A DNA stretch of 60,067 nt from a virus (taxonomy: Duplodnaviria > Caudoviricetes): positions 1 through 60,067 of the IMG/VR virus record IMGVR_UViG_3300025894_001094. The stretch is one strand, 5' to 3'. The translations under genes and the position numbers were made by a program. Below the pieces are notes generated by a model, which worked only from the letters and a program-made list of their open reading frames with translations, was not told where the DNA came from and ran no database searches. Of the stretch, positions 46,391-55,544 are shown piece after piece (the first letter of the stretch is position 1; every line of letters begins with the position of its first letter).

Positions 46391-47211
46391 CTGACGTGTC
46401 TGTTACCTTCCATATGTCGCATAATACCCAATCCACCATTAATATTAACATGATCAATATTGTCATTAGCATAGCACAGTATTTGCCACCAACCCCATTC
46501 TGCGGCAAGAAGACTCTCGGTTTTCCACCAGTGATCGACCACACTTGTATTGAACAAACGTGGTTCAAACATTATCATACCATCAAACACTCTTTGGTGC
46601 CATTTAGGATTGGTGCTCTTTGATTCTTCTATATGATAAACACCAGTTTCTAATTTCTTTCGTGTATCCCAATGTCTATCTTCTGGCGCATGATCTATTA
46701 AAAATCCCGTAACCACTTTATTTTTGTACGTAGCTTCAATATACTTATCAAAGTTTATAGCATAGGACAACATGCCATCCCATCGAAGTCTGATGTAGAG
46801 ATCAGGTGGTGTGTCTATTGTCTTAATGAGTTCACATGTCGATACTTGTTGTAATGCTCTGGTGATATGTCCAGGTTGAGGTGATTCGTCTATTCCCCTC
46901 ATTACCTTTTCATGTTTTTTAAGTTGTTCTGACCATGCAGGAGTGTCAACAAAACGGGGAATAGATTTATACGGATTATATGCTTTTGGCATCGGTGTAT
47001 ACACTACGTTATCAGCAGCATGTTTTAAAAGATAGTTACTCGAATCTAACAACGTCTTCATGGAACTTCTATCCCACGTGTGATATCGAAAGGTCACATC
47101 ATATTTCGGATGATCATAAAAATGGTGATGCATTCTGTATAAACATTCAGAGAGTTGTTTACTTGTTGCGTTTGCTGGAAACTGTCCTGTTATAAGGATA
47201 TCAATTCGCAT
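46387..47211 (-). CDS. RxRWD-family putative glycosyltransferase, paralog 3 (likely start 47211)
   Basis: ILITGQ, HTW, DLYIRLRWD, AEWGWWQIL. Confidence 0.55.
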   Translation of the reverse strand: MRIDILITGQFPANATSKQLSECLYRMHHHFYDHPKYDVTFRYHTWDRSSMKTLLDSSNYLLKHAADNVVYTPMPKAYNPYKSIPRFVDTPAWSEQLKKHEKVMRGIDESPQPGHITRALQQVSTCELIKTIDTPPDLYIRLRWDGMLSYAINFDKYIEATYKNKVVTGFLIDHAPEDRHWDTRKKLETGVYHIEESKSTNPKWHQRVFDGMIMFEPRLFNTSVVDHWWKTESLLAAEWGWWQILCYANDNIDHVNINGGLGIMRHMEGNRHVR

Positions 47212-48175
47212 TTCTATAATCCTGCAAATCAAACTCAGTGCCATGCATGTGATGCAAGTCACGATCATGATTGGTCCAGACTAGAACCTCGGGATCATCA
47301 ACTAGAAAATCACAATCATTGCAATAGCTAGGATAGTCACCAGATCGATGATCGTCACGGAGTTTGCTATACGCTTCACCCTCCCAAATCTCTTCGATGG
47401 TGTTTTTGCTTGTGTGCCCGAGGACTGCTTCTTCGTCTCTGCCGAGGACCTGACAGCACGGGTGAACAGCACCTCTCTGACCATCAAGACCACCAGCACG
47501 AATAACAACATCAGGACTAAAAGGTCTTCCACAAGTTTTCTTTGCTCCTTGGCGTACACCAGTCTCGCTGATGTCGGTCACACCCGACCAGTTGTGCATC
47601 TTCCACACCTCAGTCTTCACATCTAACTCATTCACAATCCTTTTATAATGTTCTAATTCATACTCTATTTTACTGTTGTCTGTAATCAGGTGATACGTTG
47701 ACACTACACAATCTGCGTTGGTGTCGATTACATATTGCCGCATTGCCTTGACCTTGTCCCACGTACTGCCGAACGACCCACCAATGCGATTATACATCCA
47801 CTTGTCATATGCTTCTACATCATACCCTATCCACGAGAAACGATAGAAGTCTAACCCAGCATCGACACAGTCACGCATGAACTTACCTTCCATGCGATAA
47901 CCGTTAGAAAATATAAATGCTTTCGCACCATACTTCTTTACGATCTCAATGTATTTAGGTAAGTTTCGGTTGAGTGTTGCTTCACCCGAACCATCTAGGT
48001 TGACAACGCGCAGTCCATGTTGAGCACAGTCTGCCACGTTATCCTCGAACTCTTGAAGCGACATTTTTTTGAGGAAGTCTTTGTGTCTGCCACCAGTACG
48101 CACGTCTTGTGGGCACATACTACACGAGTAGTTGCACCCTCCGTTTACTTCAATTACCGCCCTATCGATTTTCAA
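47201..48175 (-). CDS. Radical SAM protein with SPASM/twitch domain
   Basis: CNYSCSMC; C-terminal CGRPF...HPCC...CNDC. Confidence 0.9.
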   Translation of the reverse strand: MKIDRAVIEVNGGCNYSCSMCPQDVRTGGRHKDFLKKMSLQEFEDNVADCAQHGLRVVNLDGSGEATLNRNLPKYIEIVKKYGAKAFIFSNGYRMEGKFMRDCVDAGLDFYRFSWIGYDVEAYDKWMYNRIGGSFGSTWDKVKAMRQYVIDTNADCVVSTYHLITDNSKIEYELEHYKRIVNELDVKTEVWKMHNWSGVTDISETGVRQGAKKTCGRPFSPDVVIRAGGLDGQRGAVHPCCQVLGRDEEAVLGHTSKNTIEEIWEGEAYSKLRDDHRSGDYPSYCNDCDFLVDDPEVLVWTNHDRDLHHMHGTEFDLQDYRNAN

Positions 48176-49037
48176 TTATATGATCCACTTGTCTTTTATA
48201 TTTGCTGATGTTGAGATCTAACTTAGGTATAGATTTATCTAGGTGGTCTACTAATGACTGCATCGTAAAACTACGGTTCTTATCCTTTTTGGGACTCATA
48301 AGAGGATATGCTTGTGGATCATGAACATTAACTATTTTGCTATCACCAACACATGCGGTGGGTTTGTATAGCATTCTTGCAAAATAATGCCACATACCAT
48401 CATAACCCATGGTGAATCGTGCTGTTTGCATATGATACAGCACGTCTCTTATTGGAGTTCGATAACACAAATCTACAACAGACCATCCCTGCCCTTTTAA
48501 TGACTCTATTGCTAGTTCCCAATCCTCATCGGAATAAGATCTCTTCCAAGAAGCAGCAGGTTCTGCATTGAACTTGGGTCTCCATACCGTAACTTTATTG
48601 TCTACTGTTGGAATACCCATGAGGTCATCGTTGAACTTCCAACTATTCAGACCTTTGGGTACAATGAGATCGTCTTCCTTCCAATTGCGTCGATGGAGAT
48701 TTGAGAACAATTGTAATCCAAAATCTAAATCATGATCGAACCGATGCTCATAGGTGACCAGATGTGGTTTATAGCACATACTGTGCACATATTCGATTTT
48801 TTCAAATATAGACTCTGGATCTTCAAAATGATATTCATACAGTATATCATGATCCCAATGAAAAATCAAGTGGATTTTTATGTCTAGAAGGTTTGCAACG
48901 TAAAAGGCAGTTGACATAGAGAACATGAAGTCTCCTGCTCCCGGAGTACCTCTTACTAATATATCATTGCCCCGCAGAGTCCATTCGTGTTTAGAATACG
49001 GGTCTCTAAAGGACACCCCTGCTAGGTGTCTGTTCAT
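48162..49037 (-). CDS. GT-B (GT9-like) glycosyltransferase-like protein
   Basis: PGAGD N-terminal loop; GYDGMWHYFA..LYKP. Confidence 0.55.
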   Translation of the reverse strand: MNRHLAGVSFRDPYSKHEWTLRGNDILVRGTPGAGDFMFSMSTAFYVANLLDIKIHLIFHWDHDILYEYHFEDPESIFEKIEYVHSMCYKPHLVTYEHRFDHDLDFGLQLFSNLHRRNWKEDDLIVPKGLNSWKFNDDLMGIPTVDNKVTVWRPKFNAEPAASWKRSYSDEDWELAIESLKGQGWSVVDLCYRTPIRDVLYHMQTARFTMGYDGMWHYFARMLYKPTACVGDSKIVNVHDPQAYPLMSPKKDKNRSFTMQSLVDHLDKSIPKLDLNISKYKRQVDHIIENR

Positions 49038-49038
49038 A

Positions 49039-49203
49039 TCACATCTTTACGTTATACTTGTCCTGTAAATTTTTCAGTTGATCTGGTCGAATCTTAATGC
49101 GTTTCTTGGATCCGTCTTCACCGCTTGCTGAAAATTTTTCTGAACGATACTTATCTTTCGACCTATTTTTATTTTTAGGATCGAATCTTCCATACTTAGC
49201 CAT
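49039..49203 (-). CDS. Small basic protein (54 aa; not in ORF track)
   Basis: MAKYGRFDPKNK...NVKM*. Confidence 0.65.
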   Translation of the reverse strand: MAKYGRFDPKNKNRSKDKYRSEKFSASGEDGSKKRIKIRPDQLKNLQDKYNVKM

Positions 49204-49207
49204 AATA

Positions 49208-49345
49208 TTACTTGCCTTGTCCTCTATATTTTTTGTAGTTTGCTTTCTTTCTTTTATTCATAGAGGACGTGTTTAAGTGTCCTCTACCAATAGAAGTTCC
49301 TTTTGGTTTGTGTTCAACTTTATTAGTGCTGATGTTCTGCGCCAT
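49208..49345 (-). CDS. Small basic protein ending KKYRGQGK (45 aa; not in ORF track)
   Basis: MAQNISTNK...KGTSIGRG..NTSSMNKRKK..KKYRGQGK*; TGATG coupling to lysozyme. Confidence 0.75.
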   Translation of the reverse strand: MAQNISTNKVEHKPKGTSIGRGHLNTSSMNKRKKANYKKYRGQGK

Positions 49346-49791
49346 CAGACTTGTTCCAAACGTTTCATCAGTCGTTCAGCACGATTGGGCACTTGCTTGT
49401 GCCAACGCGAGTCGCGACCTTCAACTGCTGCTTGTGCCCAGTCATGCGACATGATTGCTTTGGTCATGTTCTTGAACTTACTCAACCGAGTACGCCCCAT
49501 GTTGAACATCATGTTGACCAAGATCTGTTGGACCTCATCTGGAAAGTCGTTAAACTCCCGCATGCCGTATAAAGCATGACACTCACTGATTGAGGTGTCG
49601 AGGTCTGCTTCGAAGCATTCCCATACCCTTTCTTTTGAAACCTCGGTTCCGAACGGTGAACCCCATTCAGGGTCGTCGTTGGTGACCAAGTGTCCCACAC
49701 CAAAGGTGTGGTAACCGAGATGGTCTGCATATACTTCATACTTGACTCCCTCGTCGATTTTTAGTGTCTTGAATACTGCTTCCCTATCCAT
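49345..49791 (-). CDS. Lysozyme (T4-lysozyme-like, GH24), probable endolysin
   Basis: DEG...Y.DHLGYHTFGVGHL, NMMFNMG, DSRWHKQVPNRA. Confidence 0.92.
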   Translation of the reverse strand: MDREAVFKTLKIDEGVKYEVYADHLGYHTFGVGHLVTNDDPEWGSPFGTEVSKERVWECFEADLDTSISECHALYGMREFNDFPDEVQQILVNMMFNMGRTRLSKFKNMTKAIMSHDWAQAAVEGRDSRWHKQVPNRAERLMKRLEQV

Positions 49792-49824
49792 TTAATCCCT
49801 CCAAAGTTGCGATATTAATACTTA

Positions 49825-50523
49825 TCATTCTATTCCCATCCATTCCTTAGTCATTATGTAATCTCGCACGAAATCAGATCGCACGATATCTTCCCAACTG
49901 AATCTCACATGTGTGAACGGTTTCATGTTGTCTAGTATTGAGAGGAACTTATTAATACCCGACTTGTCCTTCTCTTGTTTAAAATCTGATTGGTGATAGT
50001 CACCACAGAACATAATTTTAGTTGCTTGTCCTACACGTGTAACCACAGAGTCTAACTCATGAAAGTTTAGGTTCTGCATCTCGTCAACCAATATGATGCT
50101 GTTGTCGTATGTGATGCCCCTAATAAACGAGGTAGACTCGAATGTGATATAATCGTTGTGTACCAACTTATCATATGCTTTGGGATCATTAAACAACTCA
50201 TAGGTTGCCGCACGATATGGTCCGGTGTATGCGTTCAATTTCTCTTCTATGGTTCCCGGTAGATATCCAATTTCACGTGTGGGCACCACACTACGAATAA
50301 TATGTAACGTCTCAAATGGTGTGCTCTTGTCCATCACCTGTTCTAACGCAAGATACATTGCAAGGAAAGTCTTACCGGTTCCTGCTGTACCTGTCAAAGC
50401 AAGATGGTTCTTATCTTCCTTCCATGCTTTCCATGCTTCTTCTTGGTGCGGTGTGATAGGCACGATGGTATCCATTTGGTCTAGACGAATGTGCATATTT
50501 TCTTTTGCAGTTGGTCCTCTCAT
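49825..50523 (-). CDS. phoH: PhoH-family ATPase
   Basis: GTAGTGKT, GYLPG, RGIT, DEMQN, TRVG, GDYHQSD, DIVRS. Confidence 0.95.
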   Translation of the reverse strand: MRGPTAKENMHIRLDQMDTIVPITPHQEEAWKAWKEDKNHLALTGTAGTGKTFLAMYLALEQVMDKSTPFETLHIIRSVVPTREIGYLPGTIEEKLNAYTGPYRAATYELFNDPKAYDKLVHNDYITFESTSFIRGITYDNSIILVDEMQNLNFHELDSVVTRVGQATKIMFCGDYHQSDFKQEKDKSGINKFLSILDNMKPFTHVRFSWEDIVRSDFVRDYIMTKEWMGIE

Positions 50524-50804
50524 ACGTTGATCGTATTCTTTGCTAACCCGTGCTTTTTAATCTGAGCATCGGATAGACCACTAGTTTTGGTCGAATCGGT
50601 TTCGTTTTTCATTTTCTTTAAAAGATCTTTCCAATCGCCAGAAGTCTTGTTAATGATATTACCGGTGTGAGTAACAAGAGAGGGCGAACCAAGAATCTTT
50701 TGCTCCCATTCTCCGCTTGCTACCATCTCTTCCTTTTTAGAAATAGAAATAAACATCTCTGTTATTTCTCCCGTTTCAACATTCATCATGTCATATGTCG
50801 GCAT
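50520..50804 (-). CDS. Hypothetical protein (FmdB-like N-terminus without Cys)
   Basis: MPTYD...TGE..E; upstream of phoH. Confidence 0.65.
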   Translation of the reverse strand: MPTYDMMNVETGEITEMFISISKKEEMVASGEWEQKILGSPSLVTHTGNIINKTSGDWKDLLKKMKNETDSTKTSGLSDAQIKKHGLAKNTINV

Positions 50805-51519
50805 TTTTTAAAACCCTATCTAGAATATATTCTTTATTAACCGCGCCCAAAAAATTGTCTCCATGGTCTATCGTGGCACGATACTTAGTTGATACTAGTT
50901 GATATGATCTGTAATGATCACCTTTAACTTGTCCGTATTTCCTCATAATAGTATGTATCAATCCATCAGAATTACGTGTGATGATATTTGACACTGCTTC
51001 ATTTATGAGTATTCGAGCAATTTTAGGTGTGAGGTAATAGGCACCTCCTGCTGTGATATTTCTGCTTTTCTTGGTGCGAATGCAATCTGTGCATTCGCAG
51101 TATTTCGCGCATGCTGGTACACCTGCGGTTGCGAATGCAACGATGGGTTTACAATTGTTGAAGTATGATAGTTTCATGGGATGTATTAGCAGTGCATCGT
51201 GCTCTACTATAATAATGTTTTTATTGTCTTTCCTACATTTGTTCCATAAACTTAAATGAGAATACCACACTGCTTTTTCTGTTAGTGTAATCTCCTCACC
51301 TCTTCTTTTTATTCCTGCTTGATCTCTTTTTCCAAAATTAAGGTGCAATCCACAATACTCTTTGTTTAAAGTGTCTGGTGTGCATGCTTTAAACTCGTTA
51401 ACTTTGAAACCACCTTTTTCCCATGAGGGTTTCACCCTATTTAAATAATATTGTGAAGTTACGTTGTTCTCAATAGCAATTATATAAACTTCTGGTGTCA
51501 CTAAAACGGACTCCCTCAT
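50791..51519 (-). CDS. GT25-like glycosyltransferase (start uncertain)
   Basis: AVWYSHLSLW, IVEHDA, GGAYYLTP..A, NSD. Confidence 0.8.
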   Translation of the reverse strand: MRESVLVTPEVYIIAIENNVTSQYYLNRVKPSWEKGGFKVNEFKACTPDTLNKEYCGLHLNFGKRDQAGIKRRGEEITLTEKAVWYSHLSLWNKCRKDNKNIIIVEHDALLIHPMKLSYFNNCKPIVAFATAGVPACAKYCECTDCIRTKKSRNITAGGAYYLTPKIARILINEAVSNIITRNSDGLIHTIMRKYGQVKGDHYRSYQLVSTKYRATIDHGDNFLGAVNKEYILDRVLKNADI

Positions 51520-51531
51520 ATGAAGGAGTCC
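51503..51531 (-). terminator. Intrinsic terminator-like hairpin
   Basis: Minus strand GGACTCCTTCA-TA-TGAGGGAGTCC-GTTTT after ORF 51545-51703. Confidence 0.65.
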
Positions 51532-51544
51532 ATTATAGATAGGA

Positions 51545-51703
51545 TCACCCCCTGTTGACTTGCTGTATTGCCGCGTCTAAAAATGCTCGTTTCTTTTGCA
51601 TTCGATGTGCGACATCTCCTTTACCTTTTTTATTTAACTTGTGAATATAATGTCCAAGTTCCCTAGAGTCTTTTTTAAGTCGTTCTATTTGGTTTGCTAC
51701 CAT
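51545..51703 (-). CDS. Small helical basic protein (52 aa; not in ORF track)
   Basis: AAGGAGA SD; MVANQIERLKKDSREL...QVNRG*. Confidence 0.7.
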   Translation of the reverse strand: MVANQIERLKKDSRELGHYIHKLNKKGKGDVAHRMQKKRAFLDAAIQQVNRG

Positions 51704-51746
51704 AGGCAAGTCTCCTTGTTATCGATTTGGATTGAAGTTCACATTA

Positions 51747-52190
51747 TTAATCTGGGATTAAATCTGGCATTGCCTCCTGTACTATCTTTTTAGTTAATCC
51801 TTTCGCGGGTGGTTTTTTATTGATCATCGCAACTAAGATTTCTGCGTCACGAGGATCAATGGATTCTAGTATGTCCACGAACATACGTTCGCGTTTTACA
51901 TTTAAAAGGTCATCACTAGATTTAACACCTTTAACAAAGAATTTAAAATTCATATGTTGTTTGAGTAGGGTTGATGGGGTAGGTGCACCTTCTGCTTCTG
52001 GTGTGTATGGGACTGCACCAGAGGGAAGATTCCATACGACACGATCATCGAAGGTTCCTTGAAGAACATCTCGTAGTGCCCAGTGCTTGGTATGTTCTTT
52101 TAGGATGTTGACTCTTTCTTTACGGGTGTTTGCCTTTTCAAAGGTTTCGAAGACCTCCCAAACATCACTCAATACTGTATTTACAGGCAT
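51747..52190 (-). CDS. Conserved-type T4-like hypothetical protein
   Basis: FDDRVVWNLP.G.VPY, KRERMF..ILES....AEIL. Confidence 0.75.
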   Translation of the reverse strand: MPVNTVLSDVWEVFETFEKANTRKERVNILKEHTKHWALRDVLQGTFDDRVVWNLPSGAVPYTPEAEGAPTPSTLLKQHMNFKFFVKGVKSSDDLLNVKRERMFVDILESIDPRDAEILVAMINKKPPAKGLTKKIVQEAMPDLIPD

Positions 52191-52218
52191 GATACCTCAC
52201 TTCTTATTCAATGTTTAT

Positions 52219-52247
52219 AGGATAACCCATTTTATCCTACTTGTCAA
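52219..52247 (-). promoter_or_regulatory. sigma70-type promoter
   Basis: TTGACA-17 nt-TATCCT. Confidence 0.7.
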
Positions 52248-52255
52248 CTTATATA

Positions 52256-52927
52256 TTAACCTTTTTTCTTTTGACTTTCAATCCACTTTCTGGCATCTTT
52301 CGATTCAGGTGGTTTGTTAGTAAACTTCACTGCGTCTCTATATGCACGAAGTGTTTCTTTCTTGTAGTCTTTGCCGTCAGAGTTATCAACTACAAGGAAA
52401 TTCTTTTTGCCGAAGATGTTCTGCAATAAACCTACGTTTTGTTGGATGGTGTCCCACATCTTTGCTACTTCTTTGTCGGGTAGTGAACGTTCACGATCAC
52501 GGTTGCGTTGCAGTGCAGTGTCTTTGTCAGTGTTTACGAATATCATTGCGACATCGTAACCCATGTTCTTCATCATCTTTGCTTGTTTTGCGACTTTCGC
52601 ATGATCACGACCTGTGCCATCAATGACAAGTCCTAATCGACCTTTGAGATAGAGTTCTTGTTTCTTACCAGTGAGGGTCTTTGCACGACCACGTAGTTCT
52701 TGACCTTTGTCGGAGAAGATGCCTTCGGGATCGAGTGCGATACCTGCTTTCTTCATTGATGCTTCGAATGCGTCATCAGAATTGACAACACGGTACCCAA
52801 GAGCAGGAAGACCCGTCTTACCGGCAATAAATGATTTGCCGCTACCGGGACCACCAGCAAGGAAGATTGCTTTGAAAATTGCGGGATCATTGACCCCTTC
52901 GTCTAGAAATTGTTTAAATCTTAACAT
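52256..52927 (-). CDS. P-loop kinase (zeta-toxin/AAA_33-like)
   Basis: FLAGGPGSGKS, VNSDD, VIDGTG, ALQRNRDRER. Confidence 0.8.
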   Translation of the reverse strand: MLRFKQFLDEGVNDPAIFKAIFLAGGPGSGKSFIAGKTGLPALGYRVVNSDDAFEASMKKAGIALDPEGIFSDKGQELRGRAKTLTGKKQELYLKGRLGLVIDGTGRDHAKVAKQAKMMKNMGYDVAMIFVNTDKDTALQRNRDRERSLPDKEVAKMWDTIQQNVGLLQNIFGKKNFLVVDNSDGKDYKKETLRAYRDAVKFTNKPPESKDARKWIESQKKKG

Positions 52928-53315
52928 GTTTACTGTGTATCTTACACCCTATGAATTCGTTATAATAATCGTCTCTTAATAACACGTCATTTTCAAATTG
53001 AAGTTTTGCTTCGTAGTAAGAACACTCGCCTTTTGAGCGACACAGTCTCAATATCACTCTATTATATAGGCTTTTGCCGCTGGCAACTTGCTCCTTTAAT
53101 AACTCGCTAGAACCATAATAAGTTTTCCAATCGCTCTCTACGAGCGTGTGCTTGCGTCTCTTACGAGATTTGGTGACAGGCAATATCTTTTTCTTCCAAA
53201 AGAACTTCTTACCAATATAACGCTTCCCAGTAGACACCTCTTCAATTTCATACACAAACCCATAACTATCATCTGGTGCATGTTCAAAGGGGTTACCTTC
53301 GTATGACCATGTCAT
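52914..53315 (-). CDS. GIY-YIG (Seg-like) endonuclease-family protein
   Basis: YGFVYEI....GKRYIGKK, WKTYYGSS, YYN. Confidence 0.85.
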   Translation of the reverse strand: MTWSYEGNPFEHAPDDSYGFVYEIEEVSTGKRYIGKKFFWKKKILPVTKSRKRRKHTLVESDWKTYYGSSELLKEQVASGKSLYNRVILRLCRSKGECSYYEAKLQFENDVLLRDDYYNEFIGCKIHSKHVKI

Positions 53316-53809
53316 ACTATATGAACAACTTCAAACTGTTCACCAGCACCGTAAATTTTACTTTTGAGATTCTCTGTCATCATATTACCGTGCAAAATAA
53401 GAGTGTTTTTCTTAGGAAAAAATCTTGCTTTTCTTCCGAGCATGGTGTATACTGCTGATGCTAATAACTCAGCAAGCATAGTTTGACTGGGTGGTTGGTA
53501 CTGTGTAACATAATCGATGGGAAGATGTTCTAACTTTTTTGACTCTTGCATCATCGAGACGAGTTCTTTGACTATCCATTTGGACTGCTCTGGTGCTTGA
53601 TGTTCATAAAGTGTTGTATAATCAGGTGCTACATCTTGAATTTTTTCCATATATCTTGATAAAATATATTCAAATTGGGTATCAAAATAAGCAACTTGTG
53701 ATAAAACCCTATCGTCGAAACATGCAACTACCATTTTATCTCCCTCGACCAGTATTATATTGGCTTCGTCAGAGGGTCCCGTTTCAACAATCTCTCTCAA
53801 CTTATTCAT
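53312..53809 (-). CDS. Hypothetical protein (165 aa)
   Basis: Coupled ORF; no motif recognised. Confidence 0.65.
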   Translation of the reverse strand: MNKLREIVETGPSDEANIILVEGDKMVVACFDDRVLSQVAYFDTQFEYILSRYMEKIQDVAPDYTTLYEHQAPEQSKWIVKELVSMMQESKKLEHLPIDYVTQYQPPSQTMLAELLASAVYTMLGRKARFFPKKNTLILHGNMMTENLKSKIYGAGEQFEVVHIV

Positions 53810-54789
53810 GGATTTTCGCCTCTCATGTACATGTTAAATTTATCAAAATATATTTTATATTTTTTTTCTAAACGTTCTTTATGTCTAACTTTCCAGTCAG
53901 TTGGAAAATCTTCACGGTATATCCATCTCATTAATGATACACCGTTTGTATCAATTCTCTTGATATTTATCTTGTGTTTTTTTCTTGATAAATGATATAA
54001 ACATTGCCACCATCCGAACTCACCCGGAAGCAACTGTTTATTATCTATAACTTCTTGTATTTTGTTTACGTCCCAAGCACTTCTATGAAACACCATGCAT
54101 ATGTCCGGTATGTGATATCCATTAATCAAACGGTTTCCCCAAAACTGAGCACGTTTCCCTGTTTCTCTTAATCGCCAATAATATTTGCGTCTGTCAGTGG
54201 GAAATAGAAACGTTTGTCCGTGAAAAGACATTCCAAAAACTTTATTAGGATTTTCTATGACTTCGTCAATTAATTCTCTAACATGTCGAGGACTTAAAAT
54301 TAAAGCATCGTAACGTATTACAACGTACACGTCATGTTTTATACCCATTTCACCTAACGTTTTAATAAGATTGTGGGTGCCTATTAATCTCCAATGTACA
54401 TGATCAAATTTTAGTTCTTTTGAAGTAAAAAATTTGTGGGTGGTGTGAAGATGGTTTACCCCTTTTTTTGCAGTTAACCAGTATTCATCTCTCTGTGCTT
54501 CTTCGGTAAATATACGAGGGTAATACTCTGACTCTTGATTTAACAACAGGTATTGATTTGCCAACCATGGTTGAGGATATGCAAACTCTTTCAAAGGTGG
54601 GTCAGCAGTTTTGCGAAATTGCCGCATCCTATTTGTGTCCTCCTTTGTGTTCCAGTATTGATGATAGATTTCATAGGTGTGTTCAGATCCGGTATTTGTA
54701 AACACCATATTATGATTATCCAAAACCTCTGTTAAATTATTCATTTTGGTGTTTGGATTGCCTGTAACTAATACTCCTATCGTTGCCAT
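53806..54789 (-). CDS. xxRYD-family putative glycosyltransferase, paralog 4
   Basis: IGVLVTG, QYWN, HDVYVVIRYD, GEFGWWQCL. Confidence 0.55.
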   Translation of the reverse strand: MATIGVLVTGNPNTKMNNLTEVLDNHNMVFTNTGSEHTYEIYHQYWNTKEDTNRMRQFRKTADPPLKEFAYPQPWLANQYLLLNQESEYYPRIFTEEAQRDEYWLTAKKGVNHLHTTHKFFTSKELKFDHVHWRLIGTHNLIKTLGEMGIKHDVYVVIRYDALILSPRHVRELIDEVIENPNKVFGMSFHGQTFLFPTDRRKYYWRLRETGKRAQFWGNRLINGYHIPDICMVFHRSAWDVNKIQEVIDNKQLLPGEFGWWQCLYHLSRKKHKINIKRIDTNGVSLMRWIYREDFPTDWKVRHKERLEKKYKIYFDKFNMYMRGENP

Positions 54790-55544
54790 CGTTTTAACGT
54801 CACTCCGCCAATATATTTGTGAAAAATTGTATCAATAGAAGATAAATGTCCAAGACATTGACCCCATCCAAATTCCGCACCTATTATATTCTGATCTTTG
54901 CACACGTCTAAAACTTTCTCTATGTTCCATGCACGTCTATTAAAAATTAGGACAAAATCACACAAATATTTATCGCTCATGATCTTAGATTTAAATCTAT
55001 CAATAACATCAAGACGAGTAAGACTTATTTGCGTGTCGTTTGGTGTTCTCCTTGGTGAGTAATTCTGAAACCCATGTACGTTACAAGGTTTTTCTAGGAC
55101 ATTCTCAACATATGGAAGGAAATTTCCCCAATGTACGCAATCATAACGTGTTTTTACATATACCTCATATGATCTATAATGTTCTTCTACCATAGCAATT
55201 GACTGTGCAAATGCATACACACCATAATGACCTGTTTGTGATTTACCTTTGGATTTTGTATATCCCCAATATGTCCATTCATCTGGTTCGTACTCAGGGT
55301 TCCATTGCATCTCTGGAATGTCGGGGTGACAAAACTGTGTTTTTACATATGCGTTATATTCATCAGGAATTGGACTATAAACCACAGGAAAATCATGCGG
55401 GTTTTCACTCAGACGGTGTATGTTCCAAGACTGTAAATATATATCATATTTTTCAGGAGGGAAGGTAGCAATGAGATTAGAGTAATCATGATCCTTTTCG
55501 CTTAATCCACAGACAATTACTGCTGCCTTATTCATTGAAGACAT
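54777..55544 (-). CDS. xxRYD-family putative glycosyltransferase, paralog 5
   Basis: AVIVCG, QSWN, YEVYVKTRYD, AEFGWGQCL. Confidence 0.55.
   Translation of the reverse strand: MSSMNKAAVIVCGLSEKDHDYSNLIATFPPEKYDIYLQSWNIHRLSENPHDFPVVYSPIPDEYNAYVKTQFCHPDIPEMQWNPEYEPDEWTYWGYTKSKGKSQTGHYGVYAFAQSIAMVEEHYRSYEVYVKTRYDCVHWGNFLPYVENVLEKPCNVHGFQNYSPRRTPNDTQISLTRLDVIDRFKSKIMSDKYLCDFVLIFNRRAWNIEKVLDVCKDQNIIGAEFGWGQCLGHLSSIDTIFHKYIGGVTLKRWQR

Noticed and set aside
52914-53315. Intron-encoded homing endonuclease
   Set aside because: Free-standing, short, and overlaps intact neighbours; no interrupted gene
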